From Camelus dromedarius (taxonomy: Eukaryota), in contig NC_087437.1 in assembly GCF_036321535.1 (NCBI RefSeq), forward strand, positions 108,378,001 through 108,442,000: a DNA stretch of 64,000 bases, written 5' to 3'. The translations under genes were made by a program, and so were the position numbers. This document shows, piece after piece, positions 51,831 to 63,901 of the stretch (its first letter is position 1; each line of letters begins with the position of its first letter). The notes beneath the pieces were generated by a model, which worked only from the letters and a program-made list of their open reading frames with translations, was not told the origin of the DNA and did not search any database.

Positions 51831-52269
51831 ATAAAAAGACAAATGAACTTATTTACAAAACAGAAGCAGGCTCACAGACATAGAAAACAAACCAAGAGGG
51901 GAAGGGGGTTGGAAGGAATAAATTGGGAGTTCAGTATTTGCAGATAATAACTAATAAATATAAAAGAGATAAGAAGTTCATACTGTATAGCATAGGGAAC
52001 AATATTCAATATCTTTTGTACTAACTCATGCTGAAAAAGAACATGAAAATGAATATATGTATGTTCATGTAAGACTGGAGCATTATGCTGTACACCAGAA
52101 ATTTATACATTGTAAACTGACTATACTTCAATAAATATATATATATACAAGAAAAGAGAGAAAGAGAGAGAGAAAATGGCATTTCAGAGGACCAGAAGGA
52201 AAGAAGAAGAGTGTTGATCAGAATTTATGGCCCCAGTGAAGCAAACAGTTACATCCTAAGAGATGAAAG

Positions 52270-52420
52270 AAAACAGAAGCTGTCTAATTCAATCTCTTTG
52301 TTGTGCAAATAAGAAAACTGAGTAAGAAAAACACAATGTTCTACCTAAAGCCATTTGATGAAGAGTAAGACTAGGGATGAAACCCAAAGAATGGTGCTCC
52401 CAGTTCAGTTCCCTCTCTAC
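52270..52420 (-). mobile_element. MIR fragment
   Basis: 'tctaattcaatctctttgttgtgcaaataagaaaactgag...ctagggatgaaaccca...ctcccagttcagt'. Confidence 0.5.
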
Positions 52421-53739
52421 CCTATGAAGGAAGATCCCCACACATTAATAAAATTCTCCACAAAATAAACAGGAACAGATGGCACCATTATAAAAATCTA
52501 ATGGTCATTGAGTTTTACCCATGAGAGCTACATCTTTCTATATATTTAATTAGTAATGTCCTAAAATAGATGAATTAACCTACTCACTAAGTTAATTTTA
52601 TATTTTCAGGGCAAGGATTTCAACTCTATTATTTACAGAATGTTCTTTTAAAAAACAGAAATGTCCATTACACATTCATATCAGTTTGAGCATTGTATCC
52701 TGTCATCCACCACAAAGTGAGACAGAAAAATACATTTCCACTTTGTAAAGATGGGGCCACCAACATAAGAGATCACAATTCTAGATTCTTTCTAACAACA
52801 CTCAAATCCAAAACTGATTTTTTCATCTCAGTTTCCCCCCTTGATTATTCATTACTTGGCACAAAGGAAACATGCAACATTTCTTCTTTCTCTCAGGAAC
52901 ATCTTTGAAAGGTGAGCAGTGTATCAAACAAAAATCACATTGACTACAATCTAACTGGAAACCACGTGGTCCTGACTTTTGTTGCTGTCCTTTCTTCTCT
53001 CTGCTAGTGCCATATCCAAAATGTACAATCTGCTAGAGAGTATCTAGCTTTGCTCCAGGGACACTCTGGTGGCAAGAAACCACTTCGGGAATATAATTCT
53101 AGAGTTCTCACAAAAGCAAATTTCTCATCTTTGGGAAGCTTGTCAGCACTCAGGCTGCAAGTATCTAGGCAACTGTGAGATGAAGCACAAGGCTGGTCAT
53201 AGGGCAGGAGGAAAAAGATGGTAAGAATCAATGAATCACTTAAATAAATCAGACCCATGATCCACTTGCCTAAGCGCCGCTCTTGCTGTAGCATCGATTA
53301 TAACCAGCAGAATTGTGAATAATGAGAAGCGTACACTCAGCACCTTCTGGATACTTACCCTTTTTGTTTCTCCTAACTGCCTGTCACCCAGTCCCAGATC
53401 TGTTTCTGCATCCCTGATCACACTCAGGAATCTGTCCTTCCACATCCACCACCTTGCTCATCCTCTCCCAACTCCCCTTCCCCATAGGGCATCATTCATC
53501 TGAAAAGGAAAGTGACTTGTAGCCAGACTTCACATGCTCACTCTCCCATAGGCATTTGATATCTCCAAAAAGACACTTGTTAATTCTAAGAAATGAATTA
53601 CTAGGGCTGGTATTTGGGCTGAGATGTTTAGGGGCTCAAAGAACTTCTCAACACTGGACATTACACTAGATGAGTTTTCTCCATAAGAAGACAGACTCAG
53701 CTTTAGGGTAGAGTTAGAATGATGGAAATCACCTGAATT

Positions 53740-53900
53740 TAGACCAGGACATTTGGGACACTGATTCTGGTTCCCCAAAGTGAGATCCAAGTAAATCATT
53801 TTACCTCCTCCTCCTCCATTTATTCATCCATGAAACAGGTTTCAGAATACTTACCTCAAACCCTTTCATGAAGATCATGAAATTAATACATAAGCAGAAG
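53740..53900 (+). mobile_element. MIR fragment
   Basis: 'ctgattctggttcc...gtaaatcattttacctc...tattcatccatgaaacagg...tacttacctc...atgaagatcatgaaattaatacat'. Confidence 0.55.
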
Positions 53901-54003
53901 CATCTTACATCACCTTAATTATTGAAATTTATTTTCTTCACTGATGTCAATCATTAGGGAAAGGCATCCTAGTGATTCTAGCTTTTTAAAGGACTCTTCT
54001 AAA

Positions 54004-54179
54004 GTGGAGGTTGGCAAACTTTGTAAAAAGCTAGATAGTAAATCATTTTGTCTTTGCAGACCATACAGTCCATTCAACTATGAAACTCTACTGTTGTAGT
54101 GAGGAAGCAGCCACAGGTGATACGTAAACAAATGGACACGTCTAGATTTGGCTCATAAGTCGTATTTTGCCAGTCCCCG
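54004..54179 (+). mobile_element. MER58A hAT-Charlie MITE (internally deleted)
   Basis: 'gaggttggcaaacttt...agatagtaaat...tttgcagaccatacagtc...tgttgtagtgaggaagcagccac...tacgtaaacaaatgg...gatttggc...tttgccagtcccc'. Confidence 0.85.
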
Positions 54180-55489
54180 TTGCAAAGACAAAGTGCCAAA
54201 ATAGGGATGGATATTCATTACAAATATGAAAGAGCCAAGGCATTTATTGTGAAACTAATTATTCATTCTTCCATCTCTTAGAACAAACAATATACTTGAC
54301 GTTACCTGTTTCCTTGACATTCACCCTAGTTACCACATAAACTAGTTGTCTAACAAGTAGCCCATAAGCAGACATAGAGGTGATGTGTATTCTTAAGTAA
54401 GTGCAAACTGTTCTCTACTCAATGTTCCCATGCCTTTGTGGGCAGCCCTCCCCTCAATGCCAAAATGCCAGGAATAGCTCTGGTGAGAAGCAGCTTGCTG
54501 GTCAACCCTTCTCACATTCTTTCTAGGTGTAACAGAGGATGAAGCTTTAATGAGGGAGAAAGGAGCTGATGGCACAGGGTTTCTGGTGTGAAGACTTCCA
54601 GACAGTGGCTCTCCTGTTTTAGAGTAACTCAGTCCCTACCATCACATCCTGTATTTCCACACTGCCAAATGCATGATTGCTGTGTGTTCTGATTACCTCT
54701 TTGGCTACCTGCTAATCTCTCCCTTACTCCCTGCTCTGGAGCCCCACTGTAGAACTTCTGTCATTGTCTCTGCTCTAACCAGCAGTGGCAGGACCCACCA
54801 GGAAATGCTAAAGAACAAAGGAATTAGAATCCAAGTTATTTTTAGATTGTACTCTTCTGGAGTTGGTAGTGTCAGATCAGAGTGTCTAACTCAGTAACTC
54901 TTCAACAAGGGTGCTTTAATGATCAGGGGGTTCCCACCTTCTGTCCTCTACCCTGTTCCCCTCAATCCATCCAAACACTGGTTCCAGGCATAACCGGTCA
55001 CCATGCTCAGAGAGGAAAACACACAAACAAAAACAAAATTTTAAAATCTCTCCATCTCTGTGTGTGTTACAATCATTGAGTCTACAACACACTTTTACCT
55101 TGTTTGCATCTCCCAAAGACTTAGATGGTACAGTGCTTTTCTTTCATTCACTTTAACCCTCTCTATCTAAGAATCTGGCAGCTGTGGATAAGTGCTGGGG
55201 TGGAAGGCAGTCCAGACAGACCCACACAAGTAAATATAAAGCTGAGATCCTGTGCTGTGACATGCCTCCTGGGCAATGTGGATGGTCAGGCTTGTAACTC
55301 TTCTACCTCCTGACTCTTTCACAAAGCTTCACTCATCTTTCCTCTCCAAACTCACTGGCATTACACAAGCATCTTATTTATAATCTGGAACATGATCCTT
55401 CTAGCTAATCTCTCCTGCATCTTAGTTTGCCCCATTTCATGTCCCCTCCACCATTAAAACTGTTTTATTGAAAACACCAACCTGTCTGT

Positions 55490-55696
55490 CCGTTCTTTGG
55501 TAGGTGTGTGACCTGGGGGCCACCATCATCAAAACAAGCAGGGAAACTAGTTTAAATGCATATTCTTGAGCTCCACCCTTGGAAATACTGAATTACAGTC
55601 CAGGGGTGGGGTTTAGCAATCTGCACACCTTCATTTCTTCACCTCCCCTCCTCCCCACCCAGTAATTCTCTTATATGCTAAGTGTTAGAACCACTG
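55490..55696. mobile_element. MER5A-like MITE
   Basis: 'gggaaactagtttaaatgcatattcttgagctccaccc...tactgaat...ggggtgggg...gcaatctgca...agtgttagaaccactg'. Confidence 0.65.
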
Positions 55697-57184
55697 GCTT
55701 AGAGGGAAAGAGCTCATCTCCAGAAACGACCTGCCCTCTTATTGCATGTTCACACAGTGTCAAACTGGTCCCCTGGCCATTTCTCCTTGCCTCGTAGGTC
55801 AGGCGGAAACGTGATGGAGCTGGAGCTGGTCGTCGCGGCAGCTGAGTGTTCCTCTGGGTTTTTTTCTGGAAGCATAGGCTCGGACTCTCGGAGGTGCTGT
55901 TTGTTTTCTTGACTTTTGGAGGAGGGATCTTTCCCCCAACAAGCCTAGGCGCTACCCTACACCCCCTCCCACCTCATGCTTTCACACGTTACCAGTGTGT
56001 GGGTGAACGTGGCCGACTGTGGGAGGACATGAACTTGAATCATGAGCCTTCCAGTGGCGCTATCTGTTGACATCCAGTGGGAAGGCTGATGGCAAAAGGG
56101 GTGACTTCATCGAAACCTTGCATTCACTATCTCGAAAGCTCCTCTGACAGCAGGGGCAGGGTCTGCATGCCCGGGGAACTAGGTTTGTGACTAGCTCAAT
56201 ACATATTTGCTGATTTAATGAAAAATAGACAGAAGCAATCAGTCAAGAAATGAACAAATGCATAAAAAGCCCAGACTCAGGGAGAGAGTGGGCTGAATAC
56301 CTTGCAAAGCATTTGTGTTATTCACAGGCATGATTTTTGACAGAGTAATTCAGCACATCTGCTTATTGGTTTGCTCTTTGGGAGTGAAATTCTGGAAAAG
56401 ATTGAGGATAAGAAATCGTATGAATTCTACTCTCTTTCTGTGATTATTCCTTCTGTGATCTGACTATCAACCAAAGCCAATAAATAGTAAACTTCTAATT
56501 TATTCATTATTCCTACTGTTGAAATGATGACAAGGCTCCAACATAAAGCTTCCCTCATCATTCTGGATAAGCAGAACATTCTTTAGAAGCTTATGAGTGT
56601 TGGGGTGTGGGCCTGTGGTGCATAATGTGGGGGGAAGGATCATGAAGTCCTGGAAAAAGTAATACTATGAAACCCAAAAAGTAAACTGCACCTTTTTCAG
56701 CAAAGTTGGAAATTGATGGCGTGTAACTCTGAAGGGCCTAGCAGTAGCTATTATTTCCATCCAGGCTATTATTAACTGGTAATATTTTCTCTAGTAAACA
56801 TTCCGTTGCCATAACAACGGGAGTCATGGCGCATGGACACAAGGGCTCCCTGGCTTTGCCAGAGAAATGAATGGTGCTTTAAACGAATTTTAGAAAATGC
56901 AAAGAGACTTGCCAAAAAATTATCTTGGTAATACTAAACTCAATTTTTACTAGAGAGACAAAGGAAAGAAGAGGACTGGGATAAAGGGGAACTTCACAAA
57001 GCCCACTTCTGTTCCACTGCATCTGGTACCTTCTCAGCAAGCACAGAAGTGTCCTTCCTCATACCTGAGCCAAACCCTCCACTGAGCTCCAGGGGTCAAC
57101 CCATACCTGCCTTACAATGTCAAATGTTGCTTCTAAATCCTCTAGCCTCAGTCTCTTCACCCATTACACCTCCCCATGGATCTC

Positions 57185-58075
57185 TTTTAAATTATCATTT
57201 GTATTGACATGCAGCGTGCCTGTAAAACATAACAATCATAAGGATGCAGCTCCATAAACTATTTCAAAGTGGACAGAAAACACACCTATGCACCCACTAC
57301 ATAGTCAAAAAGTAAAATATGGCAGTACCCAGAAAGCCTGTCTAAACCCTAGTCTATACACTAGTCCCCTCACCTTAAAGATAATCACTATAAGTTAATT
57401 TTCCTTGTGTTTGAAATTTATATAAATTGACATTCACATGACAGACTCTAGTGTCTAGCCTTATTGAATTACAAATACAGTCAATAGAATTGCCCCTACT
57501 GTTGCATGGAAGAAAAGAATGCTCATTTCATTGCTGTGTTGGTTCCCTAAGACTGCTATAACCACAAACTGGGTGGCTTAACAGAAGTTTATTGTCTCAC
57601 AATTTGGGAGGCTAGAGGTCCAAGGTCAAGGTTTCATCAGGGCTGATTCCTTGCAAAGGAAAATCTGTTCCATGCTCCTCTCTCAGCTTCTAATGACTTG
57701 CTGGCAATCTTTGGCACTTCAGCCCTGTAGATGTGTCATTCTGTTCTCTGCCTCCATGTCCAGGTGGCATTCTCCCTGCATGTGTCTCTCTCTCCACGAG
57801 GTATTCTTTTTATAAAGACACTAGTCATATTGGTTTAGGGGCCCAACCTACTTCAGTATGACTTCATCTTAAATAATTACATCTGCAATGACCTCTTTTC
57901 CAAATAAGGTCACATTCTAGGATACTGAGGGTTAGGAATCCAGCATATGACTTTGGAAGACAGCACAATTAAAGCTGTCAAGTACTACAAAGTATTCCAT
58001 CATATAAATATACCACAATAATTTTATTCATTCTACTGTTGATGGATATTTGGTAATTTCTAATTTGGGCTATTC
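57185..58075 (-). mobile_element. Ancient L1M (L1MC/ME-like) 3' fragment split by an MLT1 LTR
   Basis: 'ctcatttcattgc[LTR]...agtattccatcatataaatataccacaataattttattcattctactgttgatggatatttgg'. Confidence 0.65.
57535..57982 (-). mobile_element. MaLR LTR MLT1B/C-like
   Basis: 'ccacaaactgggtggcttaacagaagtttattgtctcacaa...ttataaagacactagtcatattgg...tttccaaataaggtcacattct'. Confidence 0.85.
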
Positions 58076-58504
58076 TGTAATGGGATCAGGGTTGATCTTT
58101 GACAAAATCAAAGAACATGAAGTTTACCTCTGACATCGCTTATTTCTTTGTTCTACGCTTCCCACTGTATATTTTCCTCCCTTCACAATGTCTCTTTTTC
58201 CTCTACAGGTTCTGTTCCTCTTCTAGCTGCTCAACAATTAATAACAATAAGGTGTGCTGATTTGGTCTTTGGAATTTACTCTTCTGTCCAAACTTCCCTT
58301 TAGAAGGAGATTCAAGAAATCCAGAAAGCATTGAAATTTAATGGAATGCATCTCTAGGCTTGAACACCAGGATGTGGGAAATGTTTGGAGGAGGGTTGGC
58401 ATGAGTTTCTCTCAAATCCAACAGGAAAACCAATGGAGACTTTCATTACACAATATGGCCCAGAGATAGTGTGCTGCAGATACCACATGATAAAATGATC
58501 ATGG

Positions 58505-58862
58505 GTGTGTCAGCTACTGCCACAATAATGCTGCACAAAAAACGCCACTTCAAATATATGTAGCTTAGAACAACAATCATTTATTCTCACAGGTCTGAGC
58601 ACCAGTCTCCACTCCTGATCAAAGCTGTAGGCTAGGTTCCAGTCTGCTCTATAAGCATTTGTCCTGAGGTCCAAATTTCAAAGGCAAGAAGGGCAAGGTT
58701 ATTGTGCAAACACATTTCGAGCCTCTGTTCACCTCACATCAGTTCACTATCTGACTAAGGTAAGTCACATGACTGAGTAAACAGAAGTGAGGCAGGGAGG
58801 TATATTCCTCTGTGGAGAGGAGGGGAGTGAATATTGGCTGAACAAGAAAGTAATCTACCACA
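58505..58862 (-). mobile_element. Old MaLR LTR (MLT1H/I/J-like)
   Basis: 'gtcagctactgccacaataatgctgc...gcttagaacaacaatcatttattctcac...aagtcacatgac...aatctaccaca'. Confidence 0.7.
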
Positions 58863-59019
58863 GAAAAGATGAGAAGTTTCTATATTTAAATGACATGAGG
58901 TGGAGACAGAAACAAGCTGAAATGATTTGTCTGTGACTTGATGATTTTCTCAGATTTGCTAAGGATTTCCAGGCTGAATATCTTTCCTCTCTGATGAGCT
59001 GACAAGATAAAACGGTGAT

Positions 59020-59409
59020 TGCATTCATTTGCTAAGGCCGCCATAGCAAATACCGCAGACTGGGTGGCTTACACAATAGAAATTTATTGTCTCACAGCTC
59101 TGGAGGCTAGAAATCCAAGATCAAGGTGTTGACAGGGTCGGTTTCTTCTGAGGCCTCTCTCCTTGGCTTGCAGATGACTGTCTTCTTCCTGTGTCCTCAC
59201 GTGGTCTCCCTTCAGGGTGTGTCTGGGTCCAAATTTCCTCTGCTTATAAGGAAACCAGTCATATTGGATTAGGGCCCACCCTAATGACCTCATTTAAACT
59301 TAATTACTTTCTTAAAGACCTTATTTCCAAATATAGTTACATTCTGAGGTACCAGAGTTTAGGATTTCACCATATGAATTTTGGGAGGGACAAAACTCAG
59401 CCCCTAACG
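59020..59409 (-). mobile_element. MaLR LTR MLT1A0-like solo LTR
   Basis: 'gactgggtggcttacacaatagaaatttattgtctcacagctctggaggctagaaatccaagatcaaggtgt...'; TSD gtgat (59015-59019) / gtgac (59410-59414). Confidence 0.9.
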
Positions 59410-59414
59410 GTGAC

Positions 59415-59670
59415 CAAAAGCACAGGTTCTAGAATCAAACAGAAGTGGACTTGAATCCTGTACCTACCACTTTCCAACTGGATGACCAACTTTCCCAAAC
59501 TCTCCAAGCCCCAGGTTTCCCATCTCTAAAATTGGAGACCACGTATCTCCTCAGCAGGTTGCCTTGCAATTGCTTTTAGGAGCAAATGAAATAATACACA
59601 TGAAATACTGTTACAGTGTCTGACACATGTTATGAAACTCATCAATAACAATTACTGTTGCTGTTATTAT
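59415..59670 (+). mobile_element. MIR SINE
   Basis: 'gcacaggttctagaatcaaacaga...ttgaatcctg...ctctccaagccccaggtttcccatctctaaaattgg...aaatgaaataatacacatgaaa'. Confidence 0.75.
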
Positions 59671-62283
59671 TTTATTATTAAAATATTTTAACAAGCTATG
59701 TTCCAAGTCAGTTACTTCATATAGCATACAATCGATTTATATAGTATAATATAAAAACCCCTTTTAGTATCAGTGAAAACAACATATACCTTAATTTGGA
59801 GGCCAGGAGCAACCCCTAGATAAATTCATGCCTTTTTTGTAGCAACTTGTTCTTTTTAATTAAAAAAAAAAATTTCTTAGTCTTTCCCTGCAAAGGTCTT
59901 CTGATCGAGGTATATACGTTATTATGCAACTGAAGAAGCTGGGCCACTTGGAAGGTTAGTGATTTGACTGCCAGTGTGGAGTTAGTGGAAGATAAACTCC
60001 CACTAGAATCCAGTCTTCTCCTCCAAGCTTGGCTCACGGATCTCAACTGAACTGACCTTACTCCTTTCTTTGCTTTGATGATCATATACAGTTTGATTGG
60101 AAAGTTACACTATAATTTCACAGTGATTGCATGCCCCTGAAGATCATTTTGTAAGTAAATGTTTTGAAACCAAAGATAATCATTGTAATACAATCATAAC
60201 CCTTTTTCTTGTGCCATAATCTCCGCTAAGAATTTAACCAAGTTAAAGTTACACTGCAGAGTCTCGGTAGCCGGCTCTGGGCTCCGTTCTACAATTCTGG
60301 GACTCCAATTCCGTCAGGCTGTCTGGAGATGAATGACTGTTTTCTGGCCTCTGGGATAACCTCTATCCCCTCCACTGAAGCACAAATACAAAGAAAGCTG
60401 CCACAGAGCTCTCGATACGAGCGCTCTCAAACAGAACACGCTAGGATGAATCAGAACAAAAGCCTTGCGTAATATTTCGTTCAAAAGTGGAACATCCTGT
60501 CCAGAAGCTCTGAAATGTGCTCTTGATATCTGGGCATACCAAAGATCCTCTTCTCTTTTTAGAAACTTCCTAATTGCTTGGCCACATTGTCTCCAGGAAT
60601 GTTTCCAGGTTTGAGAATACTCTAGTTTGGTAGCTCAGCGCTTCCTCTACTTAATAACTCTAGAGGGTAGCTCATAAGTGTGGCTTCCTTGGTTCTCTAT
60701 TGAAAATTAAAGCAATGAACTGCAGAACTGGATAATAGAGACCCTTCTTCTAGGTAGTCTACCTTTCCTGCATTTTCACCTCTACCTGAAATTTTTATAA
60801 AGTGTGCTAAAAATTTAGATTACACCCATTTATAGACCTACAGAGTGAAGACGAGACTCTTCATCTGTGAGATTACCCTGCTGGCTCGTAAGTCCCAGAG
60901 TCAAGAGCAGGAGAAGCATCTTGACAGTCACATCCGCCTTTGGCATTTGACAATAAATTGTATTTATCAGCTACCACTTTTCTGGGCTCACAAGATAAAA
61001 CCTGACCATTTTTAAGATAATACAAAAAGGGCTTCCTAGTTTAAATTTCTTCAATCTCTGTCACTTACTTCTCAGAACCCTGTCTTGCTCTTCTGTGGTC
61101 ATGTGGTAAAACTCATCTGGAACACATAATATTTATATTGACTTGCCTTTTTATTCCATTTTCACTTTTTGGTGTAAAAGCAAAGCCTTTCTGGGCTTAA
61201 TAATGTTTTTCACTCTTTTCATGGCAATGGTTTTTAGAAACAAAAATGATAGCAGTTTCCATATTCACATTTCCCAACAAACTTGTCATCGAAAGTTCTC
61301 AAAGAGCTTCCATTAATCACTTTTAGTCATTTCTTCCATGCAAATGAAGAGGGCTTGAAATGATCTGAGCTGTGTGCTCCCTGTGGATTCAATGGCAAAA
61401 TCTAAAATAATACTGCTTTTTTTTTTCAAAGAATTGAAGATGTCCTTCCTATGGAGAAGGAGACTGCACCTCCTGTTTGAAGCAAGGGGAAAAAAATCTT
61501 CTTTAGAACAGACTTAGGAAAAGATATAATTTAACAGTTTATATTGTGTTTATTTGAATCAGGTGGATATTGTCTTAAACACTGAACTATGGAAATCAAG
61601 AGATAATAAACAGTGGAGAGAATCAAAATTAAAAGTTAAATCCTTGCATGTGTGTAGACGTGTGTCTCTGTGTGTGTTTTCTTCAAATGGGCAAACCAGC
61701 TTGTGTTTTCTTTCATCGGAAACCTGCTTTGGCACGGTTTGCCCTTGTAGAACTCCGGATAAACTATTTAGGTGGGTTTTCTGGATTGGTTGCTGGAAAT
61801 GCGATCCCAATCTGCCCCCTGATTTCCTGTGTAATCTGGAGACCTTAATCTCTGTACCCTGTTTCCTCATCAGTAACTTTACTCAAATGTGGTTGGGAGG
61901 GGCATTGGAGCAGTGGAGGAGTCATATGGAGGTCAAAAGGGCACAGGCAGAAATACAAGGAATAATTTTTTTTTAAGAGGAGTAATGTAGATTGTCTGAA
62001 TATCTCATCAGGTCTGAACAGGCCACACATTTTTGCTGGGAGAATTCACTATTAAAAGCAAGAAAGAGAAAAGGTTTTGTAGGTACATCTATTTATATAT
62101 CCCAAAATTATTATAATTCTTTAAACTTAGGCTCCGGGTGAGCTATAGAATGAAGGAGGTGCTGTAGATTTCTGCATGTCCATGACCCTCTCTTCCCAAC
62201 TAAAGCCACTAAACCAATAGATTTTAAGCAAAGGAGCAAGAGTGAGAATGTTATTTAACAGCTTTCTTAATGTGACTATGAAA

Positions 62284-62445
62284 CAGTGGGTTTCAACCTT
62301 GACTGGGCATCAGAATCTCATCTAAATCTTTTAAAAAATGTCATTGTTTGGCTCCACACTTACACTCTTGAATCAGAATTTCTGAAGTACTCATAAATCT
62401 CCACTGGTAATTCTGATAAGCAGCCAACATCGGGAAATATTTAGG
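62284..62445. mobile_element. MER5B-like MITE
   Basis: 'cagtgggtttcaaccttgactgggcatcagaatc...aatcagaatttctg...ggtaattctgataagcagcca'. Confidence 0.6.
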
Positions 62446-62660
62446 CCTGAAGGATTCTGATTCTTTTGGAACTTATAATCATTGATTGCTCTTTTTCCTT
62501 GCTCATGTTTAAAACATTAAGTAGCCATGGTCGGAATCAAGCACTTGAGTTTGTGCTGAATATTTACAATGGGTACTTTTCTGCCTTACATTGTCCCCAA
62601 AAAAGTTATTTGCATTGCAATTCCCTACCACCCCACCTTGAAAAATATCTTCCCCTGAGT

Positions 62661-62853
62661 CAAGGTTTCTCACCCTTGGCACTATTGACATTTTAAGTTG
62701 AATAATTCTGTGTTGTGAGGGACAGCCCTGTGCACGTTAGGCTGTGCAGCATCATCCCTGATCTCTACCTACTACCTTCTCCCCCAATTTTGACAACCGA
62801 GAATGTCTCCAATCATTGCCAAGCGTCCCCTAGAGGGCAGTTGAGAACCACTG
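62661..62853 (+). mobile_element. MER20 hAT-Charlie MITE
   Basis: 'gtttctcacccttggcactattgacatttt...ataattctgtgttgtgagg...gcagcatcatccctg...aatgtctcca..cattgccaa...gttgagaaccactg'. Confidence 0.88.
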
Positions 62854-63679
62854 CTTTGTTTGAAAGGAAGAAACATACAACAATAGAATTACATGCAACA
62901 TGTCTCACCCACCCATCAAGCTTTCCTTGACTTGGATCTCCCAGCTCACTGAGGAGACCTGATGAACTGCTCTAGCATCAGTGGGAGAAAGTTCGCCCGG
63001 CCACCTTGCTGTACTGTCTAATTATCACCTCTACTCCTCCTATCCCTGCTGTCTCTACCAGGGACAGGTAATTATTAATACTAATCCATTCCACCATCTA
63101 TAGGGCAGTAATAGAGCTGCTGCAAAGCCCATTTTCCTCTCCGGTAAAGTCACGCCCCCAAGTGAAGCCCATCTCAGAGAAATTACTGCTAGGAGCTCCA
63201 GGCATCAGGCTTCCCTGGAACCTTGGCACAGTAATCTGAAGGACTAGAAAAAGAGTAAGTTGTCTTCCCTCTGAGGCATAATCATATTTTTATGCTTAAT
63301 CATTTGTCATTGTATTTTTTAATTTCTTTTACCATATTCTTCCCCAAGTCACTGAAGTAACAGTGAGGGTTTTATAATCCTGGAAACATAGACTCTAAAA
63401 CAAAGTTACCTGAAGCACTGGACAGATTTTGTAAATCTACAGCAGAAGCAAATGCCGCGAAAGCCAAGATGATATATATATGTCCACTTCAGGGACTCTA
63501 ATTACTTCCAAAGGATAATAAGGAAAATGGGAAAGAGAGAATCTTGTTTTGACAAAATTTAAGTACTAAATTGAAACATAAAGGCAGAGTGGTTATGTTA
63601 ACTTAAATTGGAAAGGGAATTGTTCTTAATAACAACAAGGAAGCTGTTACAGTTGGGCTTGGGTAGAGAAGTTATTTTA

Positions 63680-63767
63680 TCTTTTTAAAAATTTTTTTAT
63701 TGAACGATAGTCAATTTACGATGTTGTGTTAATTTCCAGTGTATAGCATAGTGGTTCATTTATTAAC

Positions 63768-63799
<32 letters not shown>

Positions 63800-63901
63800 A
63801 TATTATATATATAAATATACATATATATTTCTTTTCATATTATTTTTCATTTATAGGCCATTACAAGGTATCGAATATAATTCCCTGTGCTACACAGTAT
63901 G
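63680..63901 (-). mobile_element. Short L1 3' terminus with internal (TA)n expansion
   Basis: 'ttttttattgaacgatagtcaatttacgatgttgtgttaatttccagtgtatagc...ccctgtgctacacagta'; perfect 15-bp TSD agagaagttatttta (63665-63679 / 63902-63916). Confidence 0.93.

Larger units (their letters stand above)
45151..52172 (+). mobile_element. Near-full-length (~7.0 kb) inactivated LINE-1
   Basis: 5' start 'ccaagatagcagagtag' (decayed CAAGATGGCG-type motif), ~1.6-kb 5' UTR, ORF1, ~440-bp spacer, ORF2, 3' UTR with AATAAA, decayed tail; candidate TSD aaaatgccagctcaaagg (45133-45150) / aaaatggcatttcagagg (52173-52190), 4 of 18 mismatched. Confidence 0.95.

Noticed and set aside
55750..55915. Short ORFs in the CpG patch (+ strand MELELVVAAAECSSG...; - strand MLPEKNPEEHSAAATTSSS...)
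   Set aside because: About 30-40 aa with no recognisable homology; not enough to call a CDS.
61554..61976. Longest ORF in the track (140 aa) with an overlapping antisense ORF
   Set aside because: Non-ATG start, runs through TG-rich and MIR-like sequence, no domain signature.
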